Virus record (IMG/VR): IMGVR_UViG_3300048058_000015
Coordinates: 1-37,247 of that record
Direction: 5' to 3' (one strand)
Origin: a virus
Lineage: Duplodnaviria; Caudoviricetes
DNA: 37,247 bases
The position numbers and the translations under genes are program-made. The notes beneath the pieces were generated by a model. It saw only the letters and a program-made list of their open reading frames with translations, had not been told where the DNA came from and ran no database searches. Position 1 is the stretch's first letter. Each line of letters starts with the position of its first letter. Below, piece after piece: positions 8,338 to 17,422 of the stretch.

Positions 8338-10532
8338 TGGAGGAGCTTTATATTAACGGATTGCTTATTGATTTACCTAAAAAATCTATTGCATATACTC
8401 TCCAGGTTAATGACTTGTCAGACGTGAAAGATAGAAACGCTCACTACACTAATAACATAAAGATACCAAAGACAGATTCCAATGTTGAAAAATTAGAGCT
8501 GCTGGCGTTGGCAGGAAATACAACAACGCTTCAATATAATTCTGTTGAGATTAAGTATGTAGTTGATGGGATTGAATTAATATCCAACGGACAGGGCCAT
8601 CTTAAGAACACTAATAACTTCTACAACCTGGTGATATATGATGGGAACATCATACTTACCGAACTACTGGGAAAATTACAACTTAATGAATTAGATTGGT
8701 CTGCACATAATCACGATCTTACAGAAGCGCAATGGACTTCTTCTTTTACCAACACGTCAGGCTATCTCTATGTTTTAGGTGCTTATTATGAGCTTGATTC
8801 ACTGGCTAATAATAGTCCTTTTGTTATTGATGTTAACACGCCGTCTTTTTATCTGCACACTCTTTTTAATATGATATTCAACCAACAGGGCCACACCGTA
8901 ACGGGTGATATCTTTAGTGATTCAGAATATCTGTCCAGGGTGATTACTATGGACAGAGGCTTTGAACGAGTTGCTACCAACACGCAGTCTTTACAGTTTA
9001 ATAAAAGTACGGTTTTGGACCCAGAGATAGATGAATCAGAAGCATATACAGGCCCGGCAACAACATTCAACGAGTATGTGAAAGGTTCTCACACTATATC
9101 GGTCAGCAGTAGTCACACTGTTCAAGTAACGGGTTTCGTAACAATTACATTCGGAATAGAGCACACTATAGCGATAAAAGTAAATAATGTTATTCGGGAG
9201 GAATTTGAATTTATAAGTGATCAGACTTTTAACTTTGAATCTGATCTTAATCTTAATGCAGGGGATGAGGTGGAGATAGTGGTTAAGATAAAAGCGCAGG
9301 AATTTTCTGAATTTAATAGAGTGCAGTTTTCAACAGCATTCAACATTAACATTTATCGAAACACTTATTCTATCCCAATAACTTTTGAGGACCTGATAGG
9401 AGACACTTTACAAATAGATTTCGTTAAAGACATTATGCAGCACTTCGGTCTTATATTCAGAAAGATAAAAAACGATACTGTATTTGATTTTATCCAAATT
9501 AAGGAGTTATTAATAGATCGAAGTGGAGCAGAAGATTGGAGTGATAAGTATACGGCTGTAATTAATGAGGCATATAAGCCTCCATATGCAAAAAATAACA
9601 TATTAAAATATTCGTATGATGATATTGGCAATTCTAACATAGACCAGACCTATGCAGATGGATTGATCACAATTGATAACAACAGATTAGCGGAAGAAAA
9701 AACGTTGTTCACTTCTCTTTTTAAAGCCGGGGTTCTTGATAATAACTTTTACAGGCACAAACATTGGATTGATGATGATAATGTTATTACAATCAATAGC
9801 GATGGATTGAGAATATATAAGGTTCTTCAGGTAACAGATTCTTTAAAGTATAAGTTTTTGTTTAAAAGTACCGGCTCCTCCACACTTAATGGAACAGTGG
9901 CTAAGTTTCAATTCATCGATTATCAGGAAATAGTGAATTCTTCTTATCTGGAATTCCAAGAGTTAATACGAGAATATAAATTAACAGGCATGGGTATCAA
10001 TCTATCAGTAATAGATATCTATAACATTGATTTTTTTAAGCTGAAATACATTAAACAGTTGGGTGCCTATTATTATCTCAATAAAGTTAGTAACTTTAAG
10101 AACGAAAGAATTACCAGGGCAGAGCTTTTACGAATAGGCCCCGATGTAGTGGAGGGCATTAGTGCTGGTTCTGCAAGTTATTCCGGTTCTTCTGATTATA
10201 GCGCAACACTAACCAAAGGAGTGTCCGGCGACATGAGCGGAAGTTATTCCGGAACATCGGCGTATATTGCAATATTGAGAAAAAACGATCCTAAAAGGTT
10301 TTCTATAGCGGTTAATTCTCAGTTGGATTCTTTCTCTTCATGTGCAGAAAGCTCTTTAGAAGATAACTGGCATGATGGGGCAGGAAGTAAACCGGAAGTC
10401 AATGACACTGTATATACTGATTCGGGAGGTACCACACCAAAGACAGGAAATAATATGCACTGGAAAATGGAAACAACGCACAGTCTTAAGATAGACAATA
10501 ATGGAAAAGTAACGCAAAAAACGGCATGTTAA
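8337..10532 (+). CDS. Putative tail hub/baseplate protein
   Basis: 731 aa; N-terminal ELYING..IDL...SI.YTLQVND.......YTN..KIPKT pattern; beta-rich central insert. Confidence 0.65.
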   Translation: MEELYINGLLIDLPKKSIAYTLQVNDLSDVKDRNAHYTNNIKIPKTDSNVEKLELLALAGNTTTLQYNSVEIKYVVDGIELISNGQGHLKNTNNFYNLVIYDGNIILTELLGKLQLNELDWSAHNHDLTEAQWTSSFTNTSGYLYVLGAYYELDSLANNSPFVIDVNTPSFYLHTLFNMIFNQQGHTVTGDIFSDSEYLSRVITMDRGFERVATNTQSLQFNKSTVLDPEIDESEAYTGPATTFNEYVKGSHTISVSSSHTVQVTGFVTITFGIEHTIAIKVNNVIREEFEFISDQTFNFESDLNLNAGDEVEIVVKIKAQEFSEFNRVQFSTAFNINIYRNTYSIPITFEDLIGDTLQIDFVKDIMQHFGLIFRKIKNDTVFDFIQIKELLIDRSGAEDWSDKYTAVINEAYKPPYAKNNILKYSYDDIGNSNIDQTYADGLITIDNNRLAEEKTLFTSLFKAGVLDNNFYRHKHWIDDDNVITINSDGLRIYKVLQVTDSLKYKFLFKSTGSSTLNGTVAKFQFIDYQEIVNSSYLEFQELIREYKLTGMGINLSVIDIYNIDFFKLKYIKQLGAYYYLNKVSNFKNERITRAELLRIGPDVVEGISAGSASYSGSSDYSATLTKGVSGDMSGSYSGTSAYIAILRKNDPKRFSIAVNSQLDSFSSCAESSLEDNWHDGAGSKPEVNDTVYTDSGGTTPKTGNNMHWKMETTHSLKIDNNGKVTQKTAC

Positions 10533-10544
10533 AAAAACAAAATC

Positions 10545-10976
10545 ATGAGTAAATCAAATCTACACGAAACGGACTATTTAAAATTAGTCTTTCAAAACAT
10601 AGCGATTGCAAACATAGGTGATGCTAGTGGATTACAACCAAGCGCAACGACCGGCAGTCTATATGTTGCATTATACACTACCAACCCGGGTGAAGATGAT
10701 AGCGGTACAGAAGCTGTTTACACGGGTTATGCGAGACAGGCAGTGGTCAGATCGGCGGCAGGATGGACTGTCTCCGGGAACGTTGTGTCTAACGCTGCGC
10801 TTATAACTTATCCTACATCAACAGGATCGGATGAAACAATAACCCACTTTGCGGTGAGAACGGCAAGTACAGGCGGTGATTTGATTGGTAGCGGTGCTTT
10901 AAATTCCAGCCTTCTTGTTCAAAACGGAGACACTCCGAAATTTCAAATCGGGGACATTACTATAAATGAGGACTAA
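10545..10976 (+). CDS. Small virion structural (tail fibre-associated) protein
   Basis: LYVALYT..PGE....TE..Y.GYARQ.V, ITHF motifs. Confidence 0.65.
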   Translation: MSKSNLHETDYLKLVFQNIAIANIGDASGLQPSATTGSLYVALYTTNPGEDDSGTEAVYTGYARQAVVRSAAGWTVSGNVVSNAALITYPTSTGSDETITHFAVRTASTGGDLIGSGALNSSLLVQNGDTPKFQIGDITINED

Positions 10977-13792
10977 TGGCTGAGAAAATCATCATAGCTG
11001 AACTTGACATCAATACGGAGGCACTCCTTAAGACAGCCACTAATACAAAAGCTGTTTTAGACGGTCTTCGTAAAGAGCAAAACAAATTAAAAAAAGACGG
11101 ACAAGCTGGCACCGAACAATTTATTAAAAATGATGTTGCCATAAAGAGGTTGAGTAGATCATACGCTCAACAAAAAACAGTTCTTCAGTCTGTAAATAGT
11201 CTAAATACAGACTTTATTTCCGTAGAAAAAGCCGCAACCAAAGCAATACAAAGACATAACGTTTCAATTTCTGAAGCACGAAAGAATAATAAAGAGCTGA
11301 CAGCTATCAGGAATGAACTTAATCTAGCTACAAAATCCGGACAGGATGCGCTTGTAAAAATTAACGCTAAGTTGGATAAAAACAATGATTTTATAAAAGA
11401 AAATGTCGATCAATACACCAAGCAAAAGATTAACATCGGTAACTATAAAAGCGCGTTGGAGGGTCTTGATCCAAGGCTGGCGAGAAATATAAAATTGTTG
11501 TTACAAATCAAAACCGCATTAGTTGCTCAGGTGTCTGCGCTTGTGGGTTCTACAACAGCAACAACAGCAGCAACATCGGCGCAAACCACCAGCACTACAT
11601 CGACATCCGCAAACACAACAGCTACGCAATCAAACACGAAGGCACAGACAGCGAATGCGGCATCAAAAACAGCGAATGCGGCAGCCACAACAACCCTAAC
11701 CGCAGCAACAACAAAAGGAACCAAAGCAACATTGTTAGGGGCTAAAGCATTGCGAATTCTTAAAATAGCACTTATAAGCACAGGAATTGGAGCTATCGTG
11801 GTAGCAATAGGTGCTTTAATAGCTGCCTTTGCTTCTACGCAGAAAGGGATTGACGCTATAAAAAGAGTGTTGGCCCCGCTTAAAGGAGCGTTTCAAGGCA
11901 TTATTGGCGTTGTTCAGAATATAGCCATTAATGTCTTTGGGCAATTAAAAGACCGATGGACTATTGTCTCGGGGGCTATGCTGCATGGTATCGATCTTAT
12001 AAGGCTGGGGTGGAATAAGTTAACAGGAGATGTCGAGGAGGCAACAGAAATTCAGGAGAGAATGAAAACACGCGTTGAAGAAATGCGAGGAGCACAAGAG
12101 CGATTGAATGAAAAATCCAAAGAATTAAGAGAAATATGGAGAGGAGCTGCTGAAGCTATTGGAGATGCAGCAAGAGCGCAACGACAGATTGTAGAGTTAG
12201 GGATTGAGATTGAAAAATCTGAAAACAAATTAATTGTTTCTCGATCTGAAAGTAATAGAATTATTAAGGAACAGAATAAAATTGCTGAGGATACAACTAA
12301 AACATTAAAAGAACGGGAAGCTGCCGCGAAACTTTCAATTTCAGAAAGCGAAAAATTGCTTAAATCAGAACAGGACATACTTGATTTAAGAATAAAAAGA
12401 TTAACCCTTGAACAACAAGCCACTAAGGATAAAAGGGCAGATGAAAAAGAATTAGCCGAATTACAAGCTAAGCGAAATGAAGCAGAAACCCAGCAGTTAG
12501 AGCTACAAACTACGCAGACAAATAAATTAAATATTATCCGGGCGCAAGCTGAAGCTGCGGCTGCCAAGGCTATTGACGCACGAATTATAAAGGCAGAGGA
12601 AGAATTAAGTTTACTAAAAGAACAAAACAGATTTGCCGGTGAAAGTCTGGAAGATCAATTGGAATTACAACGAAAATTCGCTGCTGAAGAATTGAAGATA
12701 TTGGAGCAAAAACTCGCTGCCGGTAAAATATCTCAAATTAAGTTTAATGAAGAAAAATTAAAGCTTGCCAACGACCTTCAGGAGAAGCAGAATCAAATTG
12801 ACGAACAGGAGCTTCTGCGAATAAAAGATTTTGAACAGCAAAAGAAAGATCTTGAAAATCAAATAGCTCTTAACCGGGAAGTAGAAGAAGAAGCTCGGGC
12901 AATATTAAAAGCAGAACAAGACCTGAAAAAACATCTGCTTGAGCTTGAAGACATTGAAATAAAAGAAACTGAAAAAGCAGAATTAAGAAAGAAGCTCTTG
13001 GAAAGTTTTAATCAAGAAGTTCAGTCAATTACAGACAAGGCTACAGAAAAAAGATTGAAAGAACAGGCTAAAGCTGATGCAGAAGAAATAAAGCTGGATC
13101 AATTAAAATCGAATATTCGACTTGACACGGCCAAACAACTTAGCGATTTATTACTAGGGGTCTTAGGAGATAATATAGGGGCTCGTTTTGCTGCAATTGC
13201 ATTGGATGCTATTATTGAGATTGCAAAATTAAAAATTGCAACCTCATCTGCACAACAAGTAAACCTGGCAGCGGCTACAGCTGTAAGCACATTAAATCCT
13301 TCTGCCATTCCTCTTGCAAAAGCCCGTAATGTTGCTTTGGGAGCTTCTTCTAAAGTTCAACAAGGAAAGATATTAGCCGAAGCCGTGGTCAGTGGTTTAG
13401 GAGCCGCTTTAAAATTCTATGAAGGGGGAAAAGTTCCTGAATTATCTGCCGGATTAATTACTTCGTCTCAAAACATCTCAAACCAAAGAGGCGGTGATAA
13501 TGTGCTTGCGACAGTAAAAAGAGGCGAGGTTATACTAAACAGGCAACAACAACAAAGAGCAGGGGGGAGTGCTTTTTTTAGGAGCATTGGAGTACCAGGA
13601 TTCGTTAATGGAGGGATTGCCGGGCTGGGATCTCCTAACGTTTCTGGCGCTTCCTCCGATATAGTTAATTTAGACAGGCTCGGTGAAATAATTTCTGAAA
13701 AAATTAATGATGTGAAAATAGTGGCTATCGAAGAAGAGATAACTACTTCACAAATAAATAAAGTTGATATAGTGGAGGGGGCTAGAATTTAA
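10976..13792 (+). CDS. Tail tape measure protein
   Basis: 938 aa; KINIGNY, ALISTGIGAIVVAIGAL, long coiled coil, C-terminal FYEGG and GEVILN motifs. Confidence 0.85.
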   Translation: MAEKIIIAELDINTEALLKTATNTKAVLDGLRKEQNKLKKDGQAGTEQFIKNDVAIKRLSRSYAQQKTVLQSVNSLNTDFISVEKAATKAIQRHNVSISEARKNNKELTAIRNELNLATKSGQDALVKINAKLDKNNDFIKENVDQYTKQKINIGNYKSALEGLDPRLARNIKLLLQIKTALVAQVSALVGSTTATTAATSAQTTSTTSTSANTTATQSNTKAQTANAASKTANAAATTTLTAATTKGTKATLLGAKALRILKIALISTGIGAIVVAIGALIAAFASTQKGIDAIKRVLAPLKGAFQGIIGVVQNIAINVFGQLKDRWTIVSGAMLHGIDLIRLGWNKLTGDVEEATEIQERMKTRVEEMRGAQERLNEKSKELREIWRGAAEAIGDAARAQRQIVELGIEIEKSENKLIVSRSESNRIIKEQNKIAEDTTKTLKEREAAAKLSISESEKLLKSEQDILDLRIKRLTLEQQATKDKRADEKELAELQAKRNEAETQQLELQTTQTNKLNIIRAQAEAAAAKAIDARIIKAEEELSLLKEQNRFAGESLEDQLELQRKFAAEELKILEQKLAAGKISQIKFNEEKLKLANDLQEKQNQIDEQELLRIKDFEQQKKDLENQIALNREVEEEARAILKAEQDLKKHLLELEDIEIKETEKAELRKKLLESFNQEVQSITDKATEKRLKEQAKADAEEIKLDQLKSNIRLDTAKQLSDLLLGVLGDNIGARFAAIALDAIIEIAKLKIATSSAQQVNLAAATAVSTLNPSAIPLAKARNVALGASSKVQQGKILAEAVVSGLGAALKFYEGGKVPELSAGLITSSQNISNQRGGDNVLATVKRGEVILNRQQQQRAGGSAFFRSIGVPGFVNGGIAGLGSPNVSGASSDIVNLDRLGEIISEKINDVKIVAIEEEITTSQINKVDIVEGARI

Positions 13793-14037
13793 TGGGAGCT
13801 TTAACTATAATAAAAGCATGGACAAATGTCTTAAATGGATTAACCACCAATGAGCATAGGCGGCGTGCTGATATCTGCAAGGTTTGCCCCCACGCTAAAA
13901 AAAGAAAAATATTAGATTTAATAAACGACGAGCTGCGAGAAACCAAAGGAATGATTTGCGCCCTGTGCGGGTGTCCTTTATCCGCTAAAATACGGTCTGA
14001 CGAAATGTGTTATAGATGGCAACAACCTACGAAATAA
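13792..14037 (+). CDS. Small Cys-rich protein (probable Zn-binding)
   Basis: RRADICKVCP...CALCGCPLSAK..S...C. Confidence 0.65.
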   Translation: MGALTIIKAWTNVLNGLTTNEHRRRADICKVCPHAKKRKILDLINDELRETKGMICALCGCPLSAKIRSDEMCYRWQQPTK

Positions 14038-14249
14038 TAAAGCAAATTGAGAGTAGTGAAAATTTTTCATTGCTCTTAAAAAAAAATGTGTTATCCCTGA
14101 GTATAACAGTTAAGAAAGTATATTACGAAAGATTCTTATCTGAACTTAAGTTAACAAGTAAAAGATGCCAGGCTATATCTAACACAGCGGAGGAATTCAA
14201 AGTTTCGCACAAGACTATACGTCGTGCTGTTAAATTCATGGAATCATGA
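14016..14249 (+). CDS. Small HTH DNA-binding protein (possible late regulator)
   Basis: C-terminal TAEEFKVSHKTIRRAV helix-turn-helix pattern. Confidence 0.65.
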   Translation: MATTYEIIKQIESSENFSLLLKKNVLSLSITVKKVYYERFLSELKLTSKRCQAISNTAEEFKVSHKTIRRAVKFMES

Positions 14250-14428
14250 TTCTTGTTGGTATAGGTTCACTGATATTAGTATATGCAGCTATTCAATGGG
14301 TAAGATTCTTCTACTATTGTATTAAAATTGTCTATTATCGATTATTCAGTACGGATTATGAGTATCAGGCTTTCCTTAAAAAATTCAATAAAAACTACGG
14401 GGATATTATTCGGGGACACCCAGAATAA
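14246..14428 (+). CDS. Small membrane protein
   Basis: 60 aa, hydrophobic N-terminal helix, ATGA coupling to upstream gene. Confidence 0.45.
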   Translation: MILVGIGSLILVYAAIQWVRFFYYCIKIVYYRLFSTDYEYQAFLKKFNKNYGDIIRGHPE

Positions 14429-14585
14429 ACCCGAAGAAACATTTTGGTTGAATGCGTCAATTTAATCAACAATATTATTAATTAAAGTCCTTCGGGTTTA
14501 TGCCGGTAAAGGACGTCTACACTTTAACCCGGCGTTATCTAACACTCTTTCTTCAAGGAACCAATCTCTTAAAGATCAATTAGCG
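14425..14585. ncRNA. Candidate structured RNA/terminator cluster
   Basis: 12-bp inverted repeat 14425-14436/14490-14501, internal hairpin, GCCGG..CCGGC hairpin 14502-14533; minus-strand promoter at 14591-14598 points into it. Confidence 0.4.
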
Positions 14586-14590
14586 TAAGG

Positions 14591-14598
14591 CAAATATA
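14591..14598 (-). promoter_or_regulatory. Bacteroidota -7 element (TATATTTG)
   Basis: CAAATATA on + strand; no ORF of 60 aa or more immediately downstream on the minus strand. Confidence 0.5.
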
Positions 14599-14643
14599 CA
14601 AAAATTCTGGACGGCAGTATATTTATGCAATGAAAAATGAAAT

Positions 14644-14838
14644 CTATCCAGGTTTCCTTTTCGATTTTATTAGCTCTGTCCTTATAATTCTAAATTCTGG
14701 ACGCTCATAAAACTCTCTCTTTTTCCTAATGAATTGATAATCCAATGTGTTCTTATTAATGCCGGTATTAACAGCAATAGCCTTCAAATTAGAGAAGGCT
14801 ATTAACTGGTCGTTTATCTTGTTGTGGTATATGTACAT
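14644..14838 (-). CDS. Small putative HTH DNA-binding protein
   Basis: 64 aa; FSNLKAIAVNTGINKNTL pattern; last gene of the minus-strand island. Confidence 0.6.
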   Translation of the reverse strand: MYIYHNKINDQLIAFSNLKAIAVNTGINKNTLDYQFIRKKREFYERPEFRIIRTELIKSKRKPG

Positions 14839-14866
14839 CTGGCGTCGATCAATGTTTAAAGTTAAT

Positions 14867-15298
14867 TCAGATTGAAGAGCCGTTTTCTATTAAAGCACCG
14901 TTTTCTATTAAAGCACCGTCTGCTATTGAAACGCCTTTTCCTATTGAAACGAGGTATCCTAGTGAAGCACCTTTTCCTAGTGAAGAGCCTTTTCCTAGTG
15001 AAGAGCCGTATCTTATTGAAACGCCGTCTGCTATTGAAACGCCGTCTGCTATTGAAACGCTTTCTCCTATTGAAACACCTTTTCCTAGTGAGACATAATT
15101 TTCTATTGAAACGAGGTATCTTAGTGAAACACCGTTTCCTATTGAAACATAGTTTCCTAGTGAAACATAGTCTCCTAGTGAAACGCTGTCTCCTATTGAG
15201 ATTTTTCGGCTTAAAAAATCGTCTTTTAAATCTTCAATGTTTTCATAACTGAATTTCTTCCAATTATAGTTTTCGTCTTTTAAGTAAATAGTTTTCAT
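14867..15298 (-). CDS. Hexapeptide-repeat (beta-helix-like) protein, truncated copy C1, 18 units
   Basis: Shared N-terminus MKTIYLKDEN...SRKIS plus [IL]-[GAER]-x-x-[VSA]-S repeats; stop right after TCA ATC. Confidence 0.85.
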   Translation of the reverse strand: MKTIYLKDENYNWKKFSYENIEDLKDDFLSRKISIGDSVSLGDYVSLGNYVSIGNGVSLRYLVSIENYVSLGKGVSIGESVSIADGVSIADGVSIRYGSSLGKGSSLGKGASLGYLVSIGKGVSIADGALIENGALIENGSSI

Positions 15299-15323
15299 AA
15301 TTTCTTTGTTTTAAAAAGTTAAT

Positions 15324-15827
15324 TCAGATTGAAGCACCGTTTCCTATTGAAACGCTGTCTGCTATTGAAACACCTTTTCCTATTGAAACGCCTTTTCCTA
15401 GTGAAACACAGCCTCCTATTGAAGAGCCTTTTCCTAGTGAAGAGCCGTATTCTAGTGAAGAGCCTCCTCCTATTGAAACACCTTTTCCTAGTGAAACACA
15501 GCCTCCTATTGAAACATCGTCTCCTATTGAAACGCCGCCTTCTATTGAAACACCGCATTCTATTGAAACGCCGTATCCTAGTGAAGCACCTTTTCCTAGT
15601 GAAGAGCCTTTTCCTAGTGAAGAGCCGTATCCTATTGAAACGCCGTCTGCTATTGAAACGCCGTCTGCTATTGAAACACCGTATTCTATTGAAACGCCGT
15701 CTGCTATTGAAACATAGTTTTCTATTGAGATTTTTCGACTTAACAAATCGCCTTTTAAATCTTCAATGTTTTCATAACTGAATTGCTTCCAATTATAGTT
15801 TTCGTCTTTTAAGTAAATAGTTTTCAT
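15324..15827 (-). CDS. Hexapeptide-repeat protein, truncated copy C2, 22 units
   Basis: Same N-terminus and 3' end as C1, different unit order. Confidence 0.85.
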   Translation of the reverse strand: MKTIYLKDENYNWKQFSYENIEDLKGDLLSRKISIENYVSIADGVSIEYGVSIADGVSIADGVSIGYGSSLGKGSSLGKGASLGYGVSIECGVSIEGGVSIGDDVSIGGCVSLGKGVSIGGGSSLEYGSSLGKGSSIGGCVSLGKGVSIGKGVSIADSVSIGNGASI

Positions 15828-15852
15828 AATTTCTTTGTTTTAAAAAGTTAAT

Positions 15853-16392
15853 TCAGATTGAAGAGCCGTCTGCTATTAAAGCACCGTCTGCTATTGAAAC
15901 GCCGTATTCTATTGAAACACCTTTTCCTATTGAAACGCCTTTTCCTAGTGAAACACAGCCTCCTATTGAAGAGCCTTTTCCTAGTGAAGAGCCGTATTCT
16001 AGTGAAGAGCCTCCTCCTATTGAAACACCTTTTTCTATTGAAACACAGCCTCCTATTGAAACGCCTTTTCCTAGTGAAACGCCTTTTCCTAGTGAAACAC
16101 CGTATTTTATTGAAACGCCGTATCCTATTGAAGAATAATCTCCTATTGAAACATAATTTTCTATTGAAACATAGTTTTCTAGTGAAACATCGTCTCCTAG
16201 TGAAACACAGCCTCCTATTGAAACGCCTTTTCCTAGTGAAACGCCTTTTCCTATTGAAGAGCCTTTTCCTATTGAAACGCCGTTTCCTAGTGAGATTTTT
16301 CGGCTTAATAAATCGTCTTTTAAATCTTCAATGTTTTCATAACTGAATTGCTTCCAATTATTATTTTCGTCTTTTAGGTAAATAGTTTTCAT
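15853..16392 (-). CDS. Hexapeptide-repeat protein, truncated copy C3, 24 units
   Basis: Same N-terminus and 3' end as C1, different unit order. Confidence 0.85.
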   Translation of the reverse strand: MKTIYLKDENNNWKQFSYENIEDLKDDLLSRKISLGNGVSIGKGSSIGKGVSLGKGVSIGGCVSLGDDVSLENYVSIENYVSIGDYSSIGYGVSIKYGVSLGKGVSLGKGVSIGGCVSIEKGVSIGGGSSLEYGSSLGKGSSIGGCVSLGKGVSIGKGVSIEYGVSIADGALIADGSSI

Positions 16393-16473
16393 AATTTCTT
16401 TGTTTGTTTAAAAATACGCTTCTGTTTCTTTTCAGTGATCCTCATCCTTCGATGTATGTACATCTGGCGTCGA

Positions 16474-16959
16474 TCAATGTTTAAAGTTAATTTCGATTGA
16501 AGCACCGTCTCCTAGTGAAACATAGTTTTCTATTGAAGAGCCTTCTCCTATTGAAACACAGCCCCCTATTGAAACGCCGCCTCCTATTGAAACATCGTAT
16601 CCTATTGAAACATAGTTTTCTATTGAAACGCTTTCTCTTATTGAAACATAGTTTTCTATTGAAACGCTTTCTCCTAGTGAAACGCCTTTTCCTAGTGAAA
16701 CGCCTTTTCCTAGTGAAACGCCGCCTCCTAGTGAAGAGCCTCCTCCTATTGAAACATAGTTTTCTATTGAAACAAGGCTTCCTATTGAAACGCCTTTTTC
16801 TATTGAAACACAGCCTCCTATTGAAACACTGTATCCTATTGAAACGCCGTTTCCTAGTGAGATTTTTCGGCTTAATAAATCGTCTTTTAAATCTTCAATG
16901 TTTTCATAACTGAACTGCTTCCAATTATTATTTTCGTCTTTTAAGTAAATAGTTTTCAT
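16474..16959 (-). CDS. Hexapeptide-repeat protein, truncated copy C4, 20 units plus EINFKH tail
   Basis: Same N-terminus; TCA ATC followed by GAA rather than TGA, so it reads 6 codons into the shared trailer. Confidence 0.85.
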   Translation of the reverse strand: MKTIYLKDENNNWKQFSYENIEDLKDDLLSRKISLGNGVSIGYSVSIGGCVSIEKGVSIGSLVSIENYVSIGGGSSLGGGVSLGKGVSLGKGVSLGESVSIENYVSIRESVSIENYVSIGYDVSIGGGVSIGGCVSIGEGSSIENYVSLGDGASIEINFKH

Positions 16960-16996
16960 AATTTCTTTGTTTGTTTGTTTAAAAAGTTAATTCAGA

Positions 16997-17305
16997 CTAA
17001 TTCTGTTTTTCTGTAGCTCTAAAAAGATGGGCATAATCAAACTCATCTAAACTATCCATGTCGTAAGTTACATAGCTATAATCTCCAAAGTCGAAGTCAT
17101 CTGGATAACTTGGATCGAAGACTTCACTCCCGGAAGCATCCAAAACAATGCCGTTTTCTTGTGGAAAAAAATCGTTGTCTTCAAGTGATGCCACTAAATT
17201 ATACATTTCTTTGTCGTTATTAACTTTGCCAACAAATTCAAATCCTTTTGTTGATCTGTTGTAATAACTAACACATTCGTTTACTTTTTTAAATACTGCT
17301 TTCAT
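16997..17305 (-). CDS. Hypothetical acidic protein (102 aa, MKAVFKKVNE...), first gene of the island
   Basis: Start reassigned to ATG 17305: it carries the same CAAACAAA..GAAATTATGAAA leader as the repeat genes, and the track's TTG start lies inside the promoter. Confidence 0.7.
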   Translation of the reverse strand: MKAVFKKVNECVSYYNRSTKGFEFVGKVNNDKEMYNLVASLEDNDFFPQENGIVLDASGSEVFDPSYPDDFDFGDYSYVTYDMDSLDEFDYAHLFRATEKQN

Positions 17306-17422
17306 AATTTCCGTTTGTTTGTTTAAAAATACGCTTCTGTTTCTTTTCAGTGATCCTCGCCTTGCGACGGTCGCTAGATTTGCTTTATGTTTCAGGGTTT
17401 CCGTTTGTTTTAATTTGATATT

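Larger units (their letters stand above)
14830..16492. repeat. 38-bp exact direct repeat (14830-14867 and 16455-16492)
   Basis: TATGTACATCTGGCGTCGATCAATGTTTAAAGTTAATT at both sites. Confidence 0.9.
16399..17358. repeat. 45-bp exact direct repeat (16399-16443 and 17314-17358)
   Basis: TTTGTTTGTTTAAAAATACGCTTCTGTTTCTTTTCAGTGATCCTC at both sites. Confidence 0.9.

Noticed and set aside
10545-10976. Frameshifting tail assembly chaperone pair before the tape measure gene
   Set aside because: The upstream gene looks structural and no overlapping second frame or clear slippery site was seen
16410-16443. Hammerhead-like CTGA...GAAAC in the 45-bp leader (minus strand)
   Set aside because: Lacks the CUGAnGA core and stem II
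14872-16913. Leu/Lys/Arg-rich antisense ORFs over each repeat gene (also 27624-28148) and the RRCFN-repeat frame at 15319-15558
   Set aside because: Shadow frames produced by the fixed 18-bp periodicity; non-ATG starts, no leader, and the sense frame carries the conserved N-terminus and hexapeptide motif
14867-16959. CRISPR array interpretation of the periodic repeats
   Set aside because: 18-bp period with short variable parts, in-frame coding, no cas genes
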